From the NCBI GenBank assembly GCA_903813345.2, contig CAIIXF020000001.1:11470001-11534000 (forward strand): a stretch of DNA of 64,000 nt, in the 5' to 3' direction. This DNA comes from Owenia fusiformis. Taxonomy: Eukaryota. The position numbers and the translations under genes were made by a program. Of this stretch, positions 23,011-35,428 are shown piece by piece; position 1 is the stretch's first letter; each line of letters opens with the position of its first letter. Below the pieces are notes generated by a model that was not told where the DNA came from, made no database searches, and was given only the letters and a program-made list of their open reading frames with translations.

Positions 23011-26000
23011 TATTCTATTCATACATGTATATAGATATACAAGTTCATACCACAGCCTTTTTATAAGCACCAATTGGTCTGGAGTTCCTACTTTCTGTGT
23101 GGTTAGCTACTTGAATATTATGTACCTGGGGGCAAAGCCAGACACATTATTTTACTGAAATATATTCTTTCAGAAGTTTTTATTTCAAAAGTGAACTTGA
23201 CAATGAGGTTCACTTGCAGTAAATGTATTTTACTATTTTATAGCTCATTTATTTGTCAAAATCTACAGATATTCAAATCGAAAACTTTCTCAGATTTACA
23301 GTCAATTACTGGCCTAGGTGTCTGTTGTTTAAGTTACCAGTTACATCATAATGTGTCTTTCTTTTGAGGATTTATTAATATTTGAATGTGTTGAGTTAAT
23401 AGAATAATTATCTGAGAAAAGACATTTCACTTTGACGTGATAACATGGACTTTCTATGGAGTATGATTTGCCTAGAACAACATTTTGTTTATAGATTTCA
23501 AAAATGATTTTAACCAAAATTTAATAATTTAATCTAATGTCTTGCAAACTATTGCAGTAACTTAGCTTCTATAATTCTTGTTTTATTTCAAGTTTTTGAA
23601 AATCAGCGATGGAGTCAAATTTTGAAAATCTGAAAATTAAAGCAAAAAGAAATAACCACAAAATTTCAAAATTCGAAAAACATTAAATACAATAGCGTCG
23701 AACATAACCAGGAGTATGTTTATATTTGGAGAAATAATGGACAATTGTTTCATTAACAGCAGTTCACATGAAAAACACATCGAATTGTTTTTTTCAAATT
23801 GTCTGTTGTTTTGAAGAACTTCCCATGTTAGAATTCCAATTTTTAGTAATTTTGCCTGTTGTCAGATTAGATCTATTGAAACCCCTGATGGAGAAATAGA
23901 CCTCAGGGGGAGGGTGGCCCCTAAGCAGACACAACATAGGAAGCCCCTTGGGGGAGATGAACCAATACAAACAATGCATGTAATGAAGCTGGTAATACAG
24001 AGGTACCTTGACAGTGGGAGATATACATAATGAGGGAACTGATACACATACTGACAGTGTTTTTAAAAAACAATTGTACATAGGTGCTTGGTTAAGGCCA
24101 TTGTGGATGACTCAAAAAAAGTCCTCTGTTGTCATATTTTTTATAATATTTTACAGAGGTTTGCATTCATCGGGGGAGGGGGCAAATTTGAAAGTATATT
24201 ATAAATATACAGGAAAATTAGGAAAAGTTTAATTTTTGTAGACAAAGTCAAGACTCGGTAGGTTTTTAATTAGACAGCATTGTAGTGTAATGATATGGCT
24301 AGCTATCCTTGCCTCAGTTGTAAATACCTAATTAGCCAGGTTGTTAATTAAGTCCCATAGAGTCCCATGTAGAGAGCTAGACCATCCTCATTAGCAGAGA
24401 TTATGTGTAATGAAGCCAACACATCCTGCAAGTATCTACCCATGTACATCTCAAGCCATCCAGAAGAATCATTGTGCACATAATTTGTTAAACATAATCT
24501 ATGATCGAGTGCAAAAAACCATGAAATGTGTAATTCTTGTTAACTAAATTTAACAGTTCCCAACTGGGTTTAACAAGATATAAGCCACCTTAATAAAGTA
24601 GATCACAAGACGGAGCACTTTATTAATTGCTAAATCAAGAAAGTTAAGTAAATTTTCCAAGAGGGGTGCCCTGCACTTGAGCAGGAACTAAGCCTATATT
24701 TTGGCTCTAATTCGCTTTGATCTAGTATTATACGGATAAAAGTACAGTTAATATTAATTTTTATGGGAACAATTTAGAAACTACTAAAAAGATTTGCCAC
24801 CTGCTTTGATAGGAATGTGAATGAACTCCTTTTGATTATGCTGTTTCATTCTGACCTTTTTCTACAAAAAATTGAACTGTTCATTTATTACGATATTTTT
24901 AGCTATATAACATCCGTTCTTTATTAATGACAATACAAAAGAGTTAGGTCGATTCAGTTTGTGTACACCACATGGTTTATAGGGTCCCATTTAATAGGGT
25001 TTTTATCAAAAGAATGCTTTTTGTAATAGATTTAAATGGTCATTTTGCTCCCGTCATTATATTGCTTAAAAGTGCTTTCACACATTCTGTTCCAAAATAC
25101 AGACCGCACAATAGTGTCAGTTTTAAGAACGATTACTTGTATCAATAAGTTTATGATTTGTTTTTTTTCTCAAATATCTGTTGTGTTCTTTTGATATTGT
25201 ATGTGGTATTGAAACTTCAGGGGCAAGAAAAATAGTTAGAGGGCATGATCAATAAAACTGTAAAAAACTTACCCAGAGCAATCAAAACATTTGCTTTAGA
25301 GACAATATAATTTGTTTGAAACGTAGTGTTTACCAAAACACCACTGGGCCTTTACTTACAGGAGATTATTGAAATTAAGTTGGACTGCATTCCAGACCCA
25401 ATACAGCCCAAAACTAAGTGAAACTGGAGAAATATTGGATATTTTGTTTTTATAATAGAAACAATTATCCTGCTTAAAAAAGCCAGTTAGGAAAAGACCC
25501 GAGGCATTTCTGCAATAGACTGATTATTCTATATCTGTATGGATTTCCATTGCTCCACGAAGGTGACACCTCGCACAATGGGAAAGTAAATAGTAAGAAA
25601 GGTTTGAGAGTTTTGTGAGTTGGTACCCTATCAGTCTACCATATTTGCCATATGGGACATGAATTGGTTTGAATGAATGCTAAGAGGGGGATAATTCACA
25701 CTAATGCGTTTCTATTCACATATCTCTATATATTAAGATTGAATACTAAGCTGTATACATTTAAATAAATAAATAAAAAGCAAGTGATGAATAACCAAAC
25801 AAAAATAAGAATCTTTACAAAGCCACGCTTCTATAAATAAAAAATAATGAATGGATTTATGTTGATCTGTATTCACCAGATGATATGTTATAACATATGA
25901 TTCGAATTTGCATAATTATAAGTTCATCTAAGTTTGGGGTTTTCCATTTTGCCATCAAGTAGCAACTTTCAGCTGTTGTATGGTAGAAAAAAATGGAGAT

Positions 26001-29000
26001 GAAAAAAATGATAAGAAGAAATATTTGACAGTTATAAAATAAAAGTTGCATATGACGAAAAACATATGTGTCAGTGTTATTTCAGTTGGTTCTTGTTCAA
26101 GTCATCTGTTTTGTTATCCATGAACAATGAAAAAAATAAGCAAGTTGGAATCGGGCTGGTTTTAATAAGTAAATCAAATACATGTTTTAGGTTAAGGTTA
26201 ACTAAAAAGAGAAATTAGATAAAACATATTGAAACATTTTTGCTGAAGCAATTTATATTTTGAACGTGAAGCTAAGTTCCCTACGGAGTCACAGTAATAC
26301 AGAGTAAAGTAGTTAAATTCCTCCAATAACATTTTCATCTAAAGAAATAGACTGCATAAATGATATTAACTTGAGCTTTGTCAATTAAGGAACGACATAA
26401 CGAAGAACAAATAATCCTTGTTTGGCTCTAATTGGGATGCATTAAGAGTGAGATTAACCAACGTGACCTGAAAGCTTTAGTAGCCGTCTCATCATCTTCC
26501 CCGGCATTTGAAAACATTTTGATATATAGAAGCACCAAACACATGATGCTATGAAAAGCCAAATGAATTTAATCTCAGTTCTCTTGCTGTAAATCTAGTT
26601 TAGAGGGTCCTTAATCAGTCATGGAGGGTGTTGATGGCAGTTCTAATCCAGCAAATAAGATACCTACATGCTAGCAATAAATGTTTAGTTGAGATGAGAC
26701 CCAGAGATAATAGCCAGCTTCTTGACAAATTAACCAATTTGTTGGGGATCTAATTACATGCTTTCTCTGGGCTGCATCTCATTGTGGACCACTTGTGTGT
26801 GTTTTATGCCTGCTTAAGTTATTACTTGATGAAATACTCCCAATTTGTGAGACAATCATGAATGAGACTGACTTGGAGTGGCCATGGGGGAATTGTCAGG
26901 TTAAATGACCCTCTGAACCTTTTGTCTTTTGCTTTAGTCTCCCTTATTACTTTTAACATCTCAATCTTAGCAACTGCCACAAACATGGATTTAAATCTTA
27001 AACCCCAGCTTCGTTAATTAAAGATATTAGAAGTTGGTTTATTCAATTTATTTCACATTGATTTATTTGACATTGAACAAAGTTTTTCAAAAATGTTGTA
27101 GATCTCAAAAGAATTCTTGAAAAGTCAATGAAATGTGCACATTCTTAATAACTGTCTGTTTATTGATCAAAAAGTACAAAGGGCAACAATTAAATATCAT
27201 AAATGCTTGTTCATAAAAAACCAATAGGCCTAAATGATATCACATAGCAAAACTATTATAAAGCCAACTGTATGCAGTAGTGAGTCTGATCCAGTAATGA
27301 TGCCAACCGTAAGGTGTTGAATGAGGTAATATTTGCAATAAAGGTAATTTTTAAAAATTGTTTCAATTTCATTATCTTTTGAAGCATTTTTTATTCTTCA
27401 AGTTGAGATGGTCTCCAGGGATGGACCCTGGTATGTGAGCAGTATCTATTTTTGTTTTCATGAAAAAATTATATTCATCAAGTTTAAAATGTCTTTGATG
27501 TGTTCCATTGTATGGACAGCCCCCATTTTTCATTTTATCAAGACTGCAAGATTCTTTTGCTGAACTTGAGACGTCCCCTTGTGATGATGCTGTAATTGTG
27601 AAAGAGGTTCATTGAGGGGCATGTATCGGATTAACCCAACCACGCCCTCTCCACTGACAGTTATCCCTAGATGCAGGATTAACCCCTGCCATAGGGATTA
27701 AACTTGATTACCACTTGGCAGATTCCAATATGGACAAGTTTACTAATGATTAATGGAGTTTTGAATAGTTTTCTATCATGCATTTATTTTAAGTGTAGGA
27801 ATAGAGTGGGGGTTTAATGTATGATTTTATATGTATTAAATTTAGAATTTCTAAAAGGTCTAGTAAAATATTTTAATTACAAGGTGTTCAAGAAGTAAGG
27901 TTAAAGACTCTGAGAATTCACATGGAATTATTTCAGTTTTCTGTCATGCGATTATTTTAGGAGGAAAATAATTATGGTTTTATTTTTATTTTTACACCTT
28001 TATACTACAGTTGTAATACTTATTATCAAATTCTTAAGATGATTTTTAATCATCCTTTGATAAAGTTTAAGCAACACAACATCAACTTTTTAGAACCATT
28101 AAATACATTTTGTAAAACACAACACATGGTTTTCATTCATATCATTGTCAATGTACCTCTTATAAGTGGTCCAATCTGAGTTGAAGCTACTTTCACTAAA
28201 ACAATAGTTTGGTTCCTTGTCTAATGGTAGATTGATGACTGTTTATGAAAATTTCCCACATTGGCTGTGGCATTAATAGGGGCTTTGGGGATAAGTTTGG
28301 ATAGGATAACAATATTATCTGAGATATCAGAAACATTTGGGAAGATGATCTGAAGGTTATCTCTTCATGCTTTTAAGGAGGCATCTGACAAGATCAACCT
28401 GTTATTGTTGTTAAATGTTTTTATTTTTCTTTATTGTGATTTCTTGGTGGACTTTAGGTTAACCTGGAAGTGCCCTATGTATTGATTGCAAGTGCTTCCC
28501 ATGCTTTATGTTGTTTCTGCGCCGTCTCTTTAACAAACATATTTTCGTTATTCATTTTAACAATAGGTGAGTTTTAATTAAAATCAAATGACAAAAGCAA
28601 ATATCGTAGCATTTCAAGTCCTGATAATAAAAGATTTGCAAAGAGCCTGTGGGGAAACTGTTCAAAAAAACAATATCATTAAATATAAATGAAATGAAAG
28701 ACTCTTTATTGCATAAATTTTACGCTTTTCAATCTTCGCTAATGCAACTCCAAACAATGCAAATTCCTAATTCATGTTTATCGATATACTTAAAATGTAT
28801 TTCTCAAGACTTTTTCACAGTTTTTGAATAGTTGATTGATTTTCTTCGTGGGGTGAGCCTCTGATACAAAATCGAACTGGCAAAGAATAAAGAAAATATT
28901 TCCATTTGTTCATTGAAAATTCAAACAATAGTGTATTTTAGTAAGTTGATGTTTTCTATAGGCACATCGATAGCTTCTCAATATCACTTCAGTTTGGCTC

Positions 29001-29640
29001 ACAGCAACAGCGTCATTAAGTTAACGGTAACTGTTCCGGTTATTATTGTAAGATGTATTGTTTCCACCCATATCAGATATCCAATAGCCCAAGTGCTTGT
29101 CACTTTCACTGCTTTTGTTTTTGTTTCTATCACCAATAACTGTTTACAAATAGGGTGTAAAGGTGCTGTTTGTCCAATTGATCAAAAAGTGTCTCTATCC
29201 CTCCTTCCATGTTGGACTGACATTGGAAGTGCATAAATGAACATGTAAAAATATTGAAATCACTTTCATTGATTTAATGCCATACTAAGTGCATATGATT
29301 TGGAGTTTTGGACCAATGCCACATTGATGATCTTGCCTAATTTTATTTTTGTAGGTTTTTAGGTAATAAACAATATTTGATGTTTTTCAGTAATTTCTAG
29401 TTTATTATGTACTTTGTAATGATGTTCTTTTTGCTTTAAGAACTATTTTTGGTCATATTTTGTAGATCTGAAGATCAGAGAGAAATGTAATCATTTCCCC
29501 CATCTGTTTCTGAAATCATGGATTTACATAAACTAATGCTTGAAGATAAATAAGGAGCACAATGTCTCTATGACATTTGTGACACAATTGTGTAATACAC
29601 CCATATGTATATCAAGATCCTGTTCTGTTTGTGTTTCCAG

Positions 29641-29702
29641 GCAAGAACCTGGAGAGGGGTGTTCTGCTTGATGGACTCGAGGGATGTTTGGCACAACACT
29701 GA
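29641..29702 (+). CDS. ZNG1: ZNG1/CBWD final coding exon
   Basis: Pyrimidine-rich ...tgtttccAG acceptor, phase-1 compatible with the donor at 14427, giving (G)KNLERGVLLDGLEGCLAQH*, the IG[RK]NL...L..C ending typical of CobW_C. AATAAA at 29901-29906. Confidence 0.85.
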
Positions 29703-30514
29703 TGGCCCAGAACAGAAGCAGTTAGCGGGACTTGTTCCAGCTTCCTGGCCCAGTTGAGGATGATGGGAAATCCAGACTCAGGCACTACAAAGGCATGCCT
29801 GTTTAATGAGGGAATTCTCTGGAATTTCCCATGTTCTTTGGAGTGGCTTGACAGCAGAATCAAAGTGTTGATGAGCACAAAACAGCATGTGTTAGACCTC
29901 AATAAATATTGATTGTACAAATGGGGCTTTCACCAACCTTCACATTAACCCTCCAATCTCTGAAGAGGCGCATGAGGTAACCTGCTGAATTATCAGTGAT
30001 TCATGGGTTAACTTAGCAGAAAATAGCCAGACTTGGGATGAAGTACTTTGAGAAAAGCCTGGAAAGTCGATTATCATTTGGAGTGAAGGCAACTCTGCTA
30101 AGGTTTATTGACACTGCCAGGCTTAGTCGATAAATTTTATGGAATACAAACAAATGTGTAAAGAATGAGTGGCAGCTGGAGAAGGCAGTAAACCAGACTG
30201 CTTGGCACCATTCATTAATGGCTGCGCTTGTTGAACCCCCTCTAGTGGAGGGTCCTGATAGACTGCATGGCTCCATCTGGGTCATAGCGTACTTTTAACA
30301 CTAGACTGCATGTCTCCCATTATGGGTCATACTGGTACATTCACTACTTGAGAATGTGGGTTTCTCTTCCTTAAATATAATGAAAACTGAGCATTCCTGT
30401 TGTATTTGAGATACTTTTGGGAATACTTGGTGGAAATGTTTTTGAAGACGGTTACATTTTATCATCATTCTTGTCAGGAAATCATTCTTGTCGGAATGTT
30501 TCCATGTGATTTTA

Positions 30515-30665
30515 TTATGTCACCACCAAAAGTGTTGACATATTGGTATAGTCTCCAACTTTTTTGTGGATAGTGTTTGGTTGTTGGTGTTCAGCGTTCA
30601 GCAGTCAGTGTTCAGCATCTGCAACAAATGGCAGGTGATGACATTTTGCTCGTTAATGCCTTGTT
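30515..30665 (+). mobile_element. Short HINE-family copy without tandem array
   Basis: Same 5' TTATGTCACCACCAAAAGTG.TGACAT and 3' GGTGATGACATTTTG...TTAATGCCTTGTT ends as 18154-20057. Confidence 0.75.
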
Positions 30666-30823
30666 ATTTGTTTTTATGACCTCACCAGCCAGTGATATAT
30701 ATAATTGTGATTTTATTTTTGTCTTACCAGTGTGTGTCATTGTAATTTATGATTTCACACCCATCAGTTAACATTGGTTACCATTTGTTACATTTTGCAG
30801 TGATTTCTTATCTTTATGGGATA

Positions 30824-30881
30824 TACACTCCCCTCCATAAGTTGGGGAGCTAAGGTTGCCAAACTTATGGAGGGGAGTGTA
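30824..30881. repeat. Perfect 20-bp inverted repeat with 18-nt spacer (miniature TA-flanked MITE-like hairpin)
   Basis: TACACTCCCCTCCATAAGTT ... AACTTATGGAGGGGAGTGTA. Confidence 0.85.
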
Positions 30882-31943
30882 CTTGTCCATGGTATTACCA
30901 ATGACCCACTTTCCTAAAAGTATACCTTCCTATGTACTAAATTGTTGGTAACTTGTGAATGAAGGAATCATCAGAACATTTCACCATATGAGCCCACCAA
31001 ATGATGCCATTTCAGTTAAAGAACCATGTATAAGAACTATGTATCTCATGTATATATCTTCTTGTGACTGTTTTTGTCTCACCAGTGTGTGTCTTTTTGA
31101 TATTTTGTCTTACTGAAATCTTTCTTTGAAACTAAGCCAATGTTTCACTGTATTTTTGTTATTTTGTTCTCTTCTCACCAGTTTGAATCATTGAGTGTCC
31201 TTCTTTAAATTAGATGTATGATTTAGTGTCAACTGTCAATCTTGTTATTTTTCTTTTACATAGTTGCACTGTGTATCATTTAGCATGATTTGGTTTTGGC
31301 TTTAACACCTTTAACACACATGTAGCAGGCTATATATAGAAATGACTTCATGGTTTGATTTTTTATTACTAAATGTAATATTTTTTTCATTTGATTCATT
31401 ACTGTGTACACTTTACCACAGAATGGCAAAATGAGCCCCACCCAGTGTCAATTGTATAGTTTCTAAATAGCTGAATAATGCTGACATAATAGATGTCACC
31501 CTTGTTTGTCTTTGATTTTCTTGGGGCAGATCTCCATTCACCTCAATGCTAGAAACTTGCATAAGTCAATAATTTCAAGATTTATTAAAAAGTGTTGGTT
31601 GAATCTGTCTGAAATTTGAATGGCATACTATTGGATGACCCTGTCAATGTTCATATTGTGATGAAACATGAAAATGTTTGTTGTCATACGAATAAGCCAA
31701 GCTTTTAATGAATTTTAGTATTGCCCCAATGGAGATTTGGCCCAAATTCAAATATGCTATCAAAAATAAAGGAAAGTAAGTCACTAGAGATAAAAAGTGC
31801 AAATCTCTTAAAATCCCATGAAAAACTAGAATTAGCAAGATTTCAAAGCTATTTAGAAACTCCTCTATTGGCAAAGGGGCTCTTGTTGATTTCTCAGTGT
31901 GAATTTGTCAATTTGATACAATTGCTCATTAAATTCTTCATTT

Positions 31944-32060
31944 TTATGTCACCACCACATTTTAGTGGACATTGTTTGGTGGTTGGTGTTTGGCAGTTGG
32001 TGTTGGAATTGGCCTCTGTAACAAATGGCAGGTGGTGACATTTTGCATGTTTGCCTTGTT
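31944..32060 (+). mobile_element. Short, degenerate HINE-family copy
   Basis: TTATGTCACCACC start; CTGTAACAAATGGCAGGTGGTGACATTTTG...GCCTTGTT end. Confidence 0.7.
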
Positions 32061-32077
32061 ACTAAATATTGTAACAC

Positions 32078-32222
32078 GATACATCACGTCCCAGAAGATC
32101 ATGCACACACCCAGCCACCAATAATGCACCAGTATGGATTTTGTTTTGTTTATCTTTCTTGTACATACTGGTGCATTATTGTTAGGTGGGTGTGTGCACG
32201 ATCTTCTGGAACATGATATATC
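32078..32222. repeat. Foldback element, ~59-bp arms with 27-nt spacer
   Basis: 32078-32136 is the reverse complement of 32164-32222 with about 7 mismatches. Confidence 0.85.
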
Positions 32223-34920
32223 ACACTGTGTCAGGAAGAATTCAGGGAAATGGAATGGCTTTGTAAAGGTTAAGGCTATAATAAATATTTGCTACCACAC
32301 TTAGTTTTGTTCTTATTTTGTTGTTTACTGTTTCCTCTTCTTGGTTATTTGAGAATGGGAGCTTATCTCTGAGAATGATGAATCACCTTCTATGTTAGCA
32401 GACTGCGTGGCACCAAAGGCTCTATTCTGTCATAGCAGCTTTCCACAGCCTGTTGTCATAGATCATCCAAACATAGATTGCAATGTTGTGCCTGTAAAAA
32501 AACAACTTCACAGCATCATAAACCACACTCGAACATTTGGACCAACATTGCAAATTGCGTTTGATGGACACAACAGTTAAATAAAAACATTTATTTAGAG
32601 CACTTAAAAGAAGGGCTCACTGAGAAAAGGAAGCTTTGTAAAAAGTTATCCCGAACTTCTATTCCACTGGGCTCTCTCTATAACATGAGTAAATCTGTAA
32701 AACAGCTTTCAAAATTGGGAACTCAGCAACTGAAGGTGTTAACCAGAGTTTGCATAATCTCTCTATAATTTATAGAAAACCCTCAATGATAAATCACCCA
32801 CTTGGATAACGCTAATGTGAATTTCTCCCGCCAAGAATGTGCTCTAGTTCCTTAGTTCACTGTGAAAGATAGCAGACTGCTTGGCACCAAGGAGTGAACC
32901 TGATGACCTGGGGGATCCAGTTTCAAGTTTCAGGGAATTCCACTGCTTAATGCCTTCCGTTCTAATCAACTAGAGTTTCAAGTTCTGGTCAACAACTTAT
33001 GGTGGGCCTCGGTCAACTAACTTGGTGACGCATAGAGTCAACACCATCAAATGTTTAATGGTTTTAATTATACCGATCATCTGTGTAAACATTGTAGACA
33101 TTTCTTGTGTTATTTATCGGCAGATAATTCACCAAGATGAAGTCCCCGGGATGAAGTCATAGAATTTTTACCAAAACTGTTCACCAGTTGGAATTCATAA
33201 ACTAAATATTTGTCAGATACAACAGCGCTGTGTAATAATCCCAAGAGGTGCAAATACTTGAAATAAATTATGAAATGAAGAAAGCTAGTGTTTTGTCGAG
33301 AGAAAATTTGATAGTTTAATACATGGAAAACTTAGGCCCCACATTGAGTATAAAAACAGCATTCAATCTCGCAGGTTACAAACAGTTGTTTTGTTTCATA
33401 TCAGTTTACTTAATAAGTTTTTGGATAGATCCTGTGTATTTGGAATGATGTAGTTTGGGACGTGAGCATAGCAGAAATACAGAGGAAACTGATATTAAAT
33501 AAATAAACCAAGGGTTGAGTATGACTTCGACCCGTTTTGATGTTCATATGGTTCATAATTAGCCCAACGCAAACAGATAACATTTACTTTTTCAACGAAA
33601 ATATATTTTTGTTAGTATGGTGCTAGGTTACATTTGATTGTGCTAATTTCTGTTTTCTTTTGCTACTGACATTTTCATCTTGCCTGCATTTTCGAGCAAC
33701 TTTCTAAGTATGCTTTTGAGACTTGGCAAATTGCAGATTAACTCTTCAGCAGGTTTTTGACATGATGTTTTATTTAGTGTTTCCATCAAAAAGTTACCCT
33801 GTATTGTGCGAATAAAAGTGCGCTATGGTTAATGGCGTTTAATTCTAATAATAATATACTAACTTAAATTATTCATCAAATTTACCCAGGATAAGGTTTC
33901 ATTTGATACTTTAGACAAGTGTGTTTCAACAATTGATATTTAGTACCAACTTCATATCCAAATATTATAGAAGTATCTAAACATTGTCCTTGTGAGAAAT
34001 AAACCAACAAATTAACTTTTTCAAATTAAGGTCAACAGGGTTAAATTCTCTTCCTAAAACCGATGACATACATGAAAAATTGTGTATGTTTTCGGAGTAT
34101 CATCACAGCTAAGTAATGAGAGTAATGGGTTACATTGCATCTGGCCTCCATATGGGAATTTCTTAAATGTTCTGTGTATTCTACTCTGTGTTTCTTCTTC
34201 ATGTTTAGATGAAGAGTATTGCCTTCTCAAAAGTCATTATCAGCTTCATTCCTGCCAAATTGTTTGAAAGACGACATATTACCAGTATCTTATTGGCAAA
34301 ATATTTTCTCTGTTTATTCGGAAGTTTATTTTTAGTGAAGAACTGTTTATCAATTTGGAGGCCGGTGTTTAGAAGACATTGCTGCTTCAAGTAAATTGCC
34401 GTTTGTTGGAATTCTTAATATCTCCCTTTCAGATTTTCCGTACCTGGACGATTTTGCAGCCCTGTTTATTGTTTCTTTACAATCTCCTATATCAGTGGGT
34501 GTAATCTTTTTAAAATTGAAATCTTTATTTTATACCACAAGAAAATCATATAGATGGAGAATGAATCAATTTAAACATTATATCATAAGCTAGGGTATGT
34601 TGAATGGTTAACAGTCGGTATTTCAAAGAAAAATAAACAATATACTTTTGCATTTACAAGTTACACATGCTCCCATTTGTCTCAGATAATTTCATTTAGA
34701 AATAAAGGGTAAAACACCCATAATCTCTATAAGGTGCCTGGGTGTTTCTATTGGATTCCGTCCCCTGGTACGCTTATTTACCAACAGAGAATTGCTCTAA
34801 ATGCGACCCATTGGTGGGATAATAGTGACAATAATCATAATCCGTCTTTTGGAAACAAATCCGCGCGAGCCGATCGTGTAGCAAGTGCCTACAAATAGGT
34901 TAGAGACTTGTTTCTGAATA

Positions 34921-35070
34921 ATCGCTAGCGTTTGTAGCGATTGGCTGAGAAAACCAATAATTAACAGAAGGCGGAGCAGCCAAGTGGCTTCCATTGGCGT
35001 TCCGTACCGATATCGACAGTGAGCCTACCACGTGATAGACTTTGATTAGTGTTTATTGACAGCTCGTGTT
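34921..35070 (+). promoter_or_regulatory. Candidate FoxD proximal promoter
   Basis: CpG-containing segment ~400-500 bp before the ATG with ATTGG (34940), CCAAT (34954), an E-box CACGTG and TTGACAG. The TSS was not determined. Confidence 0.4.
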
Positions 35071-35428
35071 GAAGCTCTTTACAACGTCTATGGTCATTGA
35101 AACAACTTCTGATTTAGACCTTCTTGCTTATTTAGAACGAAGTGGGTGGCTGACCCTCAGTTTTGAGAAAACCTGCGAGCAGTTGACATCTCAATAGACG
35201 ACGCAACTAACAAGAAAAACGAACGTCACGCAATTATAACTGAAAGTTAGCTTCAAAAAAGTCGCTTCCGTATTGGAGCAAATAAATATTTGTTAACACT
35301 AGCGATAAGATCAAGCATTGGTGAAATCATAAGGATTTATTAACGAAATTAGACATTTTTGGCTTCAGCTGAGGACATCACCCTCTACGAGTGAGATGAT
35401 CTGATCCAGATCATTGAATGACTTTAAA

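Noticed and set aside
32890-32960. Possible hammerhead ribozyme (CTGATGA-CCTG...CAGG-GAAT)
   Set aside because: GAAT instead of GAAA, and no convincing stems I and III.
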